NCBI RefSeq assembly: GCF_006345805.1
Contig: NW_021834746.1
Location: forward strand, 1-26,393
Direction: 5' to 3'
Source: Octopus sinensis
Taxonomy: Eukaryota
Length of the DNA: 26,393 nt
Shown here: positions 1 to 11,470 of the stretch, piece by piece
Layout: each line of letters opens with the position of its first letter
How positions within the stretch are numbered: the first letter of the stretch is position 1
The notes under the pieces: generated by a model
What the model saw: only the letters and a program-made list of their open reading frames with translations
What the model was told of the DNA's origin: nothing
The model's database searches: none
Translations under genes and position numbers: made by a program

Positions 1-3000
1 AAATTTGACAGTCAGTGGTCTTTGTCTCCGGGCACAATCTGTACGGCTAATCCCATCGTCTTATGATGATATGGAGCAAATAGAGGCTGGTGAGGAGTGG
101 CATGACCATCGCGTGGGCAAGGGGCGAAATTTTTTTCCCACTAGAGTTCCGGACCCCAAAGTTGAGAGTCAGTGGTCTTAGTCTCCGGACACAATCTGTA
201 GGGATAACCCACATCGTCTTACGAAGATATGGAGCAAATAGAGGCTGGTGAGGCGTGGCAAGACCATCGCGTGGGCAAGGGGCGAAATTTTTTCCCACCA
301 GAGTTCCGGACCCCAAAGTTGACAGTCTGTGGGTCTTCGTCTCCGGGCACAATCTGTAGGGCTAACCTCATCGTCTTATGATGATATGGAGCAAATAGAG
401 GCTAGTAAGGAGTGGCAAGACCATCGCGTGGGCAAAGGGCCAAATTTTTTTCCCACTAGAGTTCCGGACCCCAAAGTTGACATTCAGTGGTCTTAGTCTC
501 CGGGCACAATCTGTAGGGCTAATCCCATCGTCTTATGATGATATGGAGCAAATAGAGGCTGGTGAGGTGTGGCAAGACCATCGCGTGGTTAAGGGGCGAA
601 ATTTTTTTCGCACTAGAGTTCCGGGCCCCAAAGTTGACAGTCAGTGGTCTTATTCTCCGGACACAATCTGTAGGGATAACCCCATCGTCTTACCAAGATA
701 TGGAGCAAATAGAGGCTGGTGAGGAGTGGCATGACCATCGCGTGGGCAAGGGCCGAAAGTTTTTTCCCAGTAGAGGTCCGGAGCCCTACGTTTACAGTCA
801 GTTGTCTTAGGCTCCGGGCACAATCTGTAGGGATAACCCCATCGTCTTACGATCATATGGAGCAAATAGAAGCTAGTGAGGAGTGGCAAGACCAAGGCGT
901 GGGCAAGGGGTCAAATTTTTTCCCACTAGAGTTCCGGACCCCAAATTTGACAGTCAGTGGTCTTATTCTCTGGTCACAATCTGTAGGGATAACCCCATCG
1001 CTTACGATGATATGGAGCAAATAGAGGCTGGTGAGGAGTGGCAAGACCATCGCGTGGGCAAGGGGCGAAATTTTTTCCCACTAGAGTTCCGGACCCCAAA
1101 GTTGACATTCAGTGGTCTTAGACTCCGGGCACAATCTGTAGGGCTAACCCCATCGTCTTATGATGATATGGAGCAAATAGAGGCTGGTGAGGTGTGGCAA
1201 GACCATCGCTTGGGCAAGGGGCGAAATTTTTTTCCCACTAGAGTTCCGTACCCCAATGTTGACAGTCAGTGGTCTTAGTCTCCGGGCACAATCTGTAGGG
1301 ATAACCCCATCGTCTTCCGATGATATGGAGCAAATAGAGGCTAGTGAGGAGTGGCAAGACCATCGCGTGGGCAAGGGGCGAAATTTTTTTTCCACTACAC
1401 TTCCGGACCCCAAATTTCACAGTCAGTGGTCTTCGTCTCCGGACACAATCTGTAGGGATAACTCCATCGTCTTACGAAGATATGGAGCAAATAGAGGCTG
1501 GTGAGTAGTGGCATGACCATCGCGTGGGCAAGGGGCGAAATTTTTTTCCCACTATAGTTCTGGAGCCCAAAGTTAACAGTCTGTTGTCTTAGGCTCCGGG
1601 CACAATCTGTAGGGATAACCCCATCGTCTTACGATGATATGGAGCTAATAGAGGCTAATGAGGAGTGGCAAGACCAAGGCGTGGGCAAGGGGCGAAATTT
1701 TTTTGCCAGTACAGTTCCGGACCCCAAAGTTGAGAGTCAGTGGTTTTAGTCTCCGGACACAATCTGTAGGGATAACCCCATCGTCTTACGAAGATATGGA
1801 GCAAATAGAGGCTGGTGAGGAGTGGCAAGACCATCGCGTGGGCAAGGGGCGAAATTTTTTTCCCACTAGAGTTCCGGACCCCAAAGTTGACAGTCTGTGG
1901 TCTTCGTCTCCGGGCACAATCTGTAGGGCTAACCTCATCGTCTTATGATGATATGGAGCAAATAGAGGCTGGTGAGGAGTGGCAAGATCATCGCGTGGGC
2001 AAATGGCCAAATTTTTTCCCACTAGAGTTCCGGACCCCAAAGTTGACAGTCAGTGGTCTTAGTCTCCGGGCACAATCTGTAGGGCTAATCCCATCGTCTT
2101 ATGATCATATGGAGCAAATAGAGGCTATTGAGGGTGGCAAGACCATCGCGGGGTTAAGGGGCGAAATTTTTTTCCCAGAAGTTCCGGCCCCAAATTGACA
2201 GTCAGTGGTCTTTTCTCCGGACACAATCTGTAGGGATAACCCCATCGTCTTACCAAGATATGGAGCAAATAGAGGCTGGTGAGGAGGGGCATGACCATCG
2301 CGTAGGCAACGGGCGAAATTTTTTTCCCACTAGTTTTCCGGACCCCAAAGTTGACATTCAGTGGTCTTAGTCTCCGGGCACAATCTGTAGGGCTAACCCC
2401 ATCGTCTTATGATGATATGGAGCAAATAGAAGCTGGTGAGGTGTAGCAAGACCATCGCGTGGGCAAGGGGCGAAATTTTTTTCCCACTAGAGTTCCGTAC
2501 CCCAAATTTGACAGTCAGTGGTCTTAGTCTCCGGACAATCTGTAGGGATAACCCCATTGTTTTACGAAGATATGGAGCAAATAAAGGCTGGTGAGGAATG
2601 GCATCACCATCGCGTGGGTAAGGGGCCAAATTTTTTTCCCACTAGAGTTCCGGACCCCAAAGTTGACAGTCAGTGCTCTTAGTCTCCGGACCCAATCTGT
2701 AGGGATAACCCCATCGTCTTCCGATGATATGGAGCAAATAGAGGCTAGTGAGGAGTGGCATGACCATCGCGTGGGCAAGGGGCGAAATTTTTTTCCCACT
2801 AGAGTTCCGGAGCCTTAAGTTGACAGTCAGTTGTCATAGGCTCCGGGCAAATTCTGTAGGGATAACCCCATCGTCTTACGATGATATGGAGCAAATAGAG
2901 GCTAGTGAGGAGTGGCAAGACCATCGCGTGGTTAAGGGGCGAAATTTTTTCCCACTAGAGTTCCGGACCCCAAAGTTGACAGTCAGTGGTCTTCGTGTCC

Positions 3001-6000
3001 GGGCACAATCTGTAGGGATAACCCCATCGTCTTACCAAGATATGGAGCAAATAGAGGCTGGTGAGGAGTGGCATGACCATCGCGTGGGCAACGGGCGAAA
3101 TTTTTTTCCCACTAGAGTTCCGGACCCCAAATTTGACAGTCAGTGGTCTATGTCTCCGGGCACAATCTGTAGGGATAACCCCATCGTCTTACGATGATAT
3201 GGAGCAAATAGAGGCTAGTTAGGAGTGGCAAGACCATCGCGTGGTCAAGGGGCGAAATTTTTCGCACTACAGTTCCGGACCCCAAAATTTTACAGTCAGT
3301 GATTTTAGTCTCCGGGCACAATCTGTAGGGATAACCCCATCGTCTTACGATGATATGGAGCAAATAGAGCCTGGTGAGGAGTGGCAAGACCATCGCGTGG
3401 GCAAGGACCGAAATTTTTTTCCCACTAGAGTTCCGGACCCCAAATTTGACAGTCAGTGGTCTTAGTCTCCGGGCACAATCTGTAGGGATAACCCCATCGT
3501 CTTCCGATGATATGGAGCAAATAGAGGCTAGTGAGGAGTGGCAAGACCAGGCGTGGGCAAGGGGCGAAATTTTTTTGCCACTAGAGTTCCGGACCCCAAA
3601 TTTGACAGTCAGTGGTCTCAGTCTCCGGACACAATCTGTAGGGATAACTCCATCGTCTTACGATGATATGGAGCAAATAGAGGCTGGTGAGGAGTGGCAA
3701 GACCATCGCGTGGGCAAGGGACGAAATTTTTTTCCCACTATAGTTCCGGACCCAAAGTTGACAGTCAGTGAACTTAGTCTCCGGGCACAATATGTAGGGC
3801 TAACCCAATCGTCTTATGATGATATGGAGCAAATAGAGGCTAGTGAGGTTTGGCAAGACCATCGCGTGGGCAGGGGGCCAAATTTTTTCCCACTAGAGTT
3901 CCGGACCCCAAAATTTGACAGTCAGTGGTTTTAGTCTCCGGGCACAATCTGTAGGGATAACCCCATCGTCTTACGATGATATGGAGCATATAGTGTCTGG
4001 TGAGGAGTGGCAAGACCATCGCGTGGGCAAGGGGCGAAATTTTTTTCCCACTCGAGTTCCGGATCCCAAAGTTGACAGTCAGTGGTCTTATTCTCCGGTT
4101 ACAATCTGTAGGGCTAATCCCATCGTCTTATGATGATATGGAGCAAATAGAGGCCGGTGATGAGTGGGAAGACCATCGCGTGGTTAAGGGGCGAAATTTT
4201 TTCCCACTAGAGTTCCGGACCCCAAAGTTGACAGTCAGTGGTCTTAGTCTCCGGGCACAATCTGTAGGGATAACCCCATCGTCTTACGATGATATGGAGC
4301 AAATAGAGGCTAGTGAGGAGTGGCAAGACTATCGACTGGGCAAGGGGCGAAATTTTTTTCCCACTAGAATTCCGGACCCCAAAGTTGACAGTCAGTGGTC
4401 TTAGTCTCCGGACACAATCTATAGGGATAACCCCATCGTCTTACGAAGATATGGAGCAAATAGAGGCTGGTGAGGAATGGCATGACCATCGCGTGGGCAA
4501 GGGGCGAAATTTTTTACCCTCTTGAGTTCCGGACCCCAAAGTTGACAGTCAGTGATCTTAGTCTCCGGACCCAATCTGTAGGGATAACCCCATCGTCTTC
4601 CGATGATATGGAGCAAATAGAGGCTAGTGAGGAGTGGCAAGACCAAGGCGTGGGAAGGGGCGAAATTTTTTTCCCACTAGAGATCCGGACCCCAAAGTTG
4701 ACAGTCAGTGGTCTTAGTCTCCGGACACAATCTGTAGGGATAACCCCATCGTCTTACGAAGATATGGAGCAAATAGAGGCTGGTGAGGAGTGGCAAGACC
4801 ATCGCTTGGGCAAGGGGCGAAATTTTTTTCCCACTAGAGTTCCGGACCCCAAAGTTGACAGTCTGTGGTCTTCGTCTCCGGGCACAATCTGTAGGGCTAA
4901 CCTCATCGTCTTATGATGATATGGAGCAAATAGAGGCTAGTGAGGAGTGGCAAGACCATCGCGTGGGCAAAGGGTCAAATTTTTTTCCCACTAGAGTTCC
5001 GGACCCCAAAGTTGACAGTCAGTGGTCTTAGTCTCCGGGCACAATCTGTAGGGCTAATCCCATCGTCTTATGATGATATGGAGCAAATAGAGGCTGGTGA
5101 GGTGTGGCAAGACCATCGCGTGGTTAAGGGGCGAAATTTTTTCCCACTAGAGTTCCGGACCCCAAAGTTGACAGTCAGTGGTCTTATTCTCCGGACACAA
5201 TCTGTAGGGATAACCCCATCGTCTTACAAAGATATGGAGCAAATAGAGGCTGGTGAGGAGTGGCATGACCATCGCGTAGGCAACGGGCGAAATTTTTTTC
5301 CCACTAGTGTTCCGGACCCCAAAGTTGACAGTCAGTGGTCTTATTCTCTGGTCCCAATCTGTAGGGATAACCCCATCGTCTTACGATGATATGGAGCAAA
5401 TAGAGGCTGGTGAGGAGTGGCAAGACCATCGCGTGGGCAAGGGGCGAAATTTTTTTCCCACTAGAGTTCCGGACCCCAAAGTTGACAGTCAGTGGTCTTA
5501 GTCTCCGGACCCAATCTGTAGGGATAACCCCATCGTCTTCCGATGATATGGAGCAAATAGAGGCTAGTGAGGAGTGGCAAGACCATCGCGTGGGCAAGGG
5601 GCGAAATTTTTTTCCCACTAGAGTTCCGGACCCCAAATTTCACAGTCAGTGGTCTTAGTCTCCGGACACAATCTGTAGGGATAACTCCATCGTCTTACGA
5701 AGATATGGAGCAAATAGAGGCTGGTGAGGAGTGGCATGACCATCGCGTGGGCAAGGGGGAAATTTTTTTCCCACTGGAGTTCCGGAGCCCTAAGTTGACA
5801 GTCAGTTGTCTTAGGCTCCGGGCACAATCTGTAGGGATAACCCCATCGTCTTACGATGATATGGAGCTAATAGAAGCTAGTGAGGAGTGGCAAGACCAAG
5901 GCGTGGGCAAGGGGCGAAATTTTTTTTCGCACTAGAGTTCCGGACCCCAAAGTTGACAGTCTGTGGTCTTCGTCTCCGGGCACAATCTGTAGGGCTAACC

Positions 6001-8146
6001 TCATCGTCTTATGATGATATGGTGCAAATAGAGGCTAGTGGGCGTGGCGCAAGACCATCGCGTGCGCAAGGGGCGAAATTTTTTCCCCTAGAGTTCCGGA
6101 CCCCAAAGTTGACAGTCAGTAGTCGTAGTCTCCGGGCACAATCTGTAGGGATAACCCCATCGTCTTACGATGATGATATGGAGCAAATAGGGCATGGTGA
6201 GGAGTGGCAAGACCATCGCGTGGGCAAGGGGCGAAATTTTTTTCCCACTAGAATCCGGACCCCAAGTTGAGACAGTCAGTGGTCTTAGTCTCCGGACACA
6301 ATCTATAGGGATAACCCCATCGTCTTACGAAGATATGGAGCAAATAGAGGCTGGGTGGTGAGGTGGCATGACCATCGCGTGGGCAAGGGGGCGAAATTTT
6401 TTACCTCTTGAGTTCCGGACCCCAAAAGTGACAGTCAGGATCTTAGTCTCCGGACCCAATCTGTAGGGATAACCCCATCGTCTTCCGATGATATGGAGCA
6501 AATAGAGGCTATGTGAGGTGGCAAGACAAGGCGTGGGAAGGGGCGAAATTTTTTTCCCACTAGAGTTCCGGACCCCAAAGTTGACAGTCAGTGGTCTTAG
6601 TCTCCGGACACAATCTGTAGGGATAACCCCATCGTCTTACGAAGATATGGAGCAAATAGAGGCTGGTGAGGAGTGGCAAGACCATCGCGTGGGCAAGGGG
6701 CGAAATTTTTTTCCCACTAGAGTTCCGGACCCCAAAGTTGACAGTCTGTGGTCTTCGTCTCCGGGCACAATCTGTAGGGCTAACCTCATCGTCTTATGAT
6801 GATATGGAGCAAATAGAGGCTAGTGAGGAGTGGCAAGACCATCGCGTGGGCAAAGGGCCAAATTTTTTTCCCACTAGAGTTCCGGACCCCAAAGTTGACA
6901 GTCAGTGGTCTTAGTCTCGGGCACAATCGTAGGGCTAATCCCATCGTCTTATGATGATATGGAGCAAATAGAGGCTGGTGAGGTGTGGCAAGACCATCGC
7001 GTGGTTAAGGGGCGAAATTTTTTTCCCACTAGAGTTCCGGACCCCAAAGTTGACAGTCAGTGGTCTTATTCTCCGGACACAATCTGTAGGGATAACCCCA
7101 TCGTCTTACCAAGATATGGAGCAAATAGAGGCTGGTGAGGAGTGGCATGACCATCGCGTAGGCAACGGGCGAAATTTTTTCCCACTAGTGTTCCGGACCC
7201 CAAAGTTGACAGTCAGTGGTCTTATTCTCTGGTCCCAATCTGTAGGGATAACCCCATCGTCTTACGATGATATGGAGCAAATAGAGGCTGGTGAGGAGTG
7301 GCAAGACCATCGCGTGGGCAAGGGGCGAAATTTTTTTCCCACTAGAGTTCCGGACCCCAAAGTTGACATTCAGTGGTCTTAGTCTCCGGGCACAATCTGT
7401 AGGGCTAACCCCATCGTCTTAAGATGATATGGAGCAAATAGAGGCTAGTGAGGAGTGGCAAGACCATCGCGTGTGGGCAAGGGCCGAAATTTTTTTCCCA
7501 CTAGAGTTCCGGACCCCAAATTTCACAGTCAGTGGTCTTAGTCTCCGGACACAATCTGTAGGGATAACCCATCGTCTTACGAAGATATGGAGTAAATAGA
7601 GGCTGGTGAGGAGTGGGAATGACCATCGCGTGGGCAAGGGGGAATTTTTTTCCCACTGGAGTTCCGGAGCCCTAAGTTGACAGTCGTCAGTGTCTTAGGC
7701 TCCGGGCACAATCTGTAGGGATAACCCCATCGTCTTACGATGATATGGAGCTAATAGAAGCTAGTGAGGAGTGGCAAGACCAAGGCGTGGGCAAGGGGCG
7801 AAATTTTTTTTCCCACTAGAGTTCCGGACCCCAAAGTTGACAGTCTGTGGTCTTCGTCTCCGGGCACAATCTGTAGGGCTAACCTCATCGTCTTATGATG
7901 ATATGGTGCAAATAGAGGCTAGTGAGGCGTGGCAAGACCATCGCGTGCGCAAGGGGCGAAATTTTTTTCCCCCTAGAGTTCCGGACCCCAAAGTTGACAG
8001 TCAGTAGTCGTAGTCTCCGGGCACAATCTGTAGGGATAACCCCATCGTCTTACGATGATATGGAGCAAATAGGGGCTGGTGAGGAGTGGCAAGACCATCG
8101 CGTGGGCAAGGGGCAAATTTTTTTTTGAATAGAGGTTCCGGACCCC
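1..8146. repeat. Tandem satellite DNA, 156-157 bp monomer, about 52 copies; runs off the left edge of the window
   Basis: Consensus GAGTTCCGGACCCCAAAGTTGACAGTCAGTGGTCTTAGTCTCCGGGCACAATCTGTAGGGATAACCCCATCGTCTTACGATGATATGGAGCAAATAGAGGCTGGTGAGGAGTGGCAAGACCATCGCGTGGGCAAGGGGCGAAATTTTTTTCCCACTA is repeated head-to-tail. Equivalent ORF starts are 157 bp apart (562/719, 1658/1815, 4783/4940, 5410/5567). There are no unique spacers. Confidence 0.98.
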
Positions 8147-8827
8147 AGCAATGAACTTATTTGCATACAGTCAATCAGAGCTCACCTTGACCTTGTTGTC
8201 ACATTAACAACACACTCTACCAAGTAGACTCAAGATGAAGAACGGTCGCCAAGTTATGCCTGATTTAGGAGACAGTAATTAGATGTTATCGGGGTTTTGT
8301 TAGAGCCCCATATAGTAAAGATGTGGGTAGGAAAATGTGGGTAGATTGTGATGTGCTAGCCACCCTCTCCCTTTACTGTTTTAGAAAGTAAACAACACAC
8401 AAATAACTACGCAGAGGCAGCCAAGGTTGAAACAAAACAAGATCAGGCGGTGAGGAGCTGGCAGAATCGTCAGCACTCTGGACAAAATGCTTAGCATTAT
8501 TTCGCCCATCGCTACGTTCTGAGTTCAAATTCCGCCAAGGTCCACTTTGCCTTTTATCCTTTCAGGGTCGATAAAATATAAGTACCAGTGAAACACTGGG
8601 GTCGTTATAATTGACTAGTCCCCATCCCACAAATTTGAGGCCTTGTGCCTCCAGTTGAAAGGATTATAAAAGAGAAAAGGAGCATGGCCATTCCTTACCC
8701 AAGTGACCTTATCTTATCGCCCATCACTTGTTATGCACTCACGAATTAGTTTGATAGTTGAGCTCTGATTGGCTGTATGCAAATGAGTTCATAACGGGGT
8801 CCGGAACTCTCGTGGGAAAAAATTTCG
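8114..8827. mobile_element. Non-autonomous TIR element (MITE-like, possibly Mutator-like) with ~70-bp terminal inverted repeats
   Basis: 8114-8184 (CAAATTTTTTTTTGAATAGAGGTTCCGGACCCCAGCAATGAACTTATTTGCATACAGTCAATCAGAGCTCA) is the imperfect reverse complement of 8759-8827. The flanks TGGGCAAGGGG (left) and TGGGCGGGGG (right) resemble a 10-11 bp TSD. The superfamily assignment is an inference. Confidence 0.75.
8445..8667 (+). mobile_element. tRNA-derived SINE, family A (Meta/Sauria-like core), nested in the TIR element
   Basis: GAGCTGGCAGAA head, B-box GAGTTCAAATTCC and core GCCTTTTATCCTTTCAGGGTCGATAAAA..AAGTACCAG are shared with many copies in the window. Confidence 0.85.
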
Positions 8828-8987
8828 TGGGCGGGGGACAGAAATGATGAGAAATCAAGAAAACAAATTCGTTTAAAGAAAAATACGTAAAAGAAAAGTA
8901 TGAAGAAGACTCCGTGGGTGGGACTACATAGGGTTTGCAATCGTATTATTAGCAACGTGACTCTGGTAATATTAAAACTGAGTGTAC

Positions 8988-9204
8988 GGTGGAGAGCTGG
9001 CAGATTCGTTAGTACGCCGGACGAAATGTTCAGCGGCATTTCATCCGCCTTTATCTTCTGACTTCAAATTCTGTCGAGGCCGACTTTGCCATTCATCCTT
9101 TTCGGGGTTGATAAAAAAAAGTACCAGTTGAGCACTGAAGTCGATGTAACCGTCTTACTCCTTCTCCGAACTGCTGGCCTTATACTAAAATTTCAAACCA
9201 ATAT
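8988..9204 (+). mobile_element. SINE family A copy (diverged)
   Basis: GGAGAGCTGGCAGATTCGTTAGTACGCCGG...TTCATCCTTTTCGGGGTTGATAAAAAAAAGTACCAG aligns by eye to the other copies. Confidence 0.8.
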
Positions 9205-9570
9205 CAAGCTGGGTGTTCTGAAATATAAAGAGATGACGATACGAGGAGGATTCAGAGCGGATTCCTAGACACAAATGAAACATTGGGAGTGGTTGAAGAG
9301 CAGATCAAAGGTTTGGGAGACTGTAAAACAGGTATTCGCAAAGAACATCGGACCGTTTTGTATCCCACACAACCCAGAGAATGTCCCTAAGAGACTTTCG
9401 CTGCTCCTAATTCCAGTATGACAAGTGACACCTGTGGCACGCGAACAGAGCCATGTGGTTCTCTGACCCATTCTACGTGATCCTCTCACCTGTGTACAAG
9501 AGTGGAAGTCTAATTTCTTGTGTTTTTATATTATTTACTTGTATTTCTGTAAATTTGTCGTCTTTCTACC

Positions 9571-9679
9571 ACATACATACATACATACATACATACATAC
9601 ATACATACATACATACATACATACATACATACATACATACATACATACCATACATATACGTGTGTGTGTGTGTGTGTGT
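9571..9679. repeat. Microsatellite (ACAT)n followed by (GT)n
   Basis: Directly visible. Confidence 0.97.
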
Positions 9680-9759
9680 TAGAAGGTACCCAAGGCAAAA
9701 AGCGGTTATCCCTTTTGCATCGTACCTGACGGAAGATGCAATGGGTCTGAAGACAGACT

Positions 9760-10100
9760 CGTTATTCCGGTAGTAACGTCACTCCGACCAAACATACCAT
9801 TTCTGTCTAAGAGAACAAAAAAGAATCGCCATGACTAATCTCACAGCCCCCTGGGAGAAGAGATTTGACATTTCTCACCAACTGAGCGAAGCAAATTACT
9901 AAGTTTGATTAATGAGGCTCAATGAATGGCACACAACTTCAATCTCCATTAGAATCGGCCCACGCTGTTCCTCAGCAACTTCATTTCACTATTTCCTGCA
10001 GAAGATTGGTTTGGAACCCAAAAAAAAAAAAACTAAAGAGAGTCACCAGAGAGAAAGCCATGACAGTCAAGACCAGCCCAAGACGGTCGCTGGTACAAGA
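9760..10100 (+). pseudogene. Decayed restriction-like endonuclease (RLE) domain of a non-LTR retrotransposon, HERO-like
   Basis: Across frameshifts it translates as [21 protein letters not shown] / IAMTNLTAPWEKRFDISHQLSEANY* / SLINEAQ / WHTTSISIRIGPRCSSATSFHYFLQKIGL / KLKRVTREKAMTVKTSPRR. This parallels the RLE pattern TLRPDIVL..ELTVPWE..K..KY..L..GW..PIEVGCRG in the correct order. The catalytic D/E/K residues are lost. Confidence 0.6.
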
Positions 10101-10382
10101 CACCAGATAGAGCTCTTTTCTGTAGATAAAGGTTCATTCAGTTATTATTGTCCCACTCAGGCGAGGCTAAAGACCGAAGCGCTTGAGAACCTGAGATACT
10201 TTCTGAAAATACAAAAGGGTCCCCAACATTGCTATAACTTAAGTCCCCGTCAGGGAAAGAAAAAAACAGGTTTTCAGTAGCTTTAATTCCTGCAATTTCA
10301 GCACGAAAAAAATCATTGCTGATGTAGTTTTCAATGACTGAAATGATAATGGGGTCTCTTTTATCTTTTATCATTTTGCTAG

Positions 10383-10572
10383 CTTCAGTCACTTACACTG
10401 CAGCCATGCTGGTGCACCGCTTCGAAGAATTTTTAGTCGAACGAATCGACTCCAGCACTTATTTTATCGAACTCTTTTACCGAACCGCTAAGTTACGGGG
10501 AGGTAAGCATACCAACACTGGCTGTCGAGCAGAGGTGGACAAACACAGACACAAAGACACACACACATATAC
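10383..10572 (-). mobile_element. SINE family B, 3' fragment
   Basis: Reverse complement of the 3' half of the copies at 13185 and 21919 (CAGCCATGCTGG..CACCGC, CCGAACCGCTAAGTTACGGGGA). Confidence 0.75.
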
Positions 10573-10577
10573 ATATA

Positions 10578-10580
<3 letters not shown>

Positions 10581-10641
<61 letters not shown>

Positions 10642-10666
10642 GTAGATAGATAGATAGATATAGATA
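10581..10666. repeat. Microsatellite (GATA)n
   Basis: Directly visible. Confidence 0.97.
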
Positions 10667-11014
10667 TGATCCTACATAAGTCGGGAGGGTCATGGTTGGA
10701 AAACCTTTTAGCAAATGTCCCTACTAAATGACTGAACTGGAGTTTTTAAAAAAAAACTGGTGAACGTGGAAGGTGTAGTCTTAGTAGTCCAAGGGAGGTA
10801 ACTGCTATAAACTCTTTTTTTTTCCATTATAGACTTCATCAAAAATAGATTTAAAAAGAAAGAAAAAAAATCATTCAGAAATCCTCTGAGCACACAACCA
10901 CGTTGTATTCCAGTTTTAAATGCTTAGTGTTCCGAGTTCAAACCCTGCCGAGGTCAACTTTGCTTTCGATAAAATAAGACAGCAGCCGACATACAATGGT
11001 TTGTTTATATTCCT

Positions 11015-11470
11015 GTAATATTCTTTCTATTGTAGGCACAAGGCCTGGAATTTGGTGGAGAGTAGGGGCTAGTCGATTACATCGACCTCAGTACTCAACT
11101 GGTAATTATTTCAATCGACTCCCGAGAGGATGAAAGGCAAAGTTGACCTCAGCGGAATTTGAACTCAGGCGGCGAGCTGGCAGAAACGTTAGCACGCCGG
11201 GCGAAATGCTTAGCGGTATCTCGTCTGCCGTTACGTTCTGAGTTCAAATTCCGCCGAGGTCGACTTTGCCTTTCATCCTTTCGGGGTCGATAAATTAAGT
11301 ACCAGTTACGCATTGGGGTCGATGTAATCGACTTAATCCGTTTGTCCTCTCTGTGCTTAGCCCCTTGTGGGTAGTAAAGAAATAGGAATTTGAACTCAGG
11401 AAGTAAAAACGGAAGAAATGCCACAAAGCATTTTGTCCGACATCCTAACGATTCTGCCAGCTTCGCCTCC
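11015..11470 (-). mobile_element. Older SINE family A copy, split by a younger insertion
   Basis: The antisense SINE body at 11015-11167 resumes at 11399-11470 (..CTAACGATTCTGCCAGCTTCGCC) after the insert. Confidence 0.8.
11168..11384 (+). mobile_element. Young full-length SINE family A copy with 14-bp TSD
   Basis: Runs GGCGGCGAGCTGGCAGAAACGTTAGC to GTAGTAAAGAAATA. Flanked by GGAATTTGAACTCA at 11154-11167 and 11385-11398. Confidence 0.92.

Noticed and set aside
1-8146. CRISPR array or repeat-protein gene
   Set aside because: Monomers are contiguous with no unique spacers and no cas genes are present. ORFs occur in several frames on both strands and are broken by T-tract length changes.
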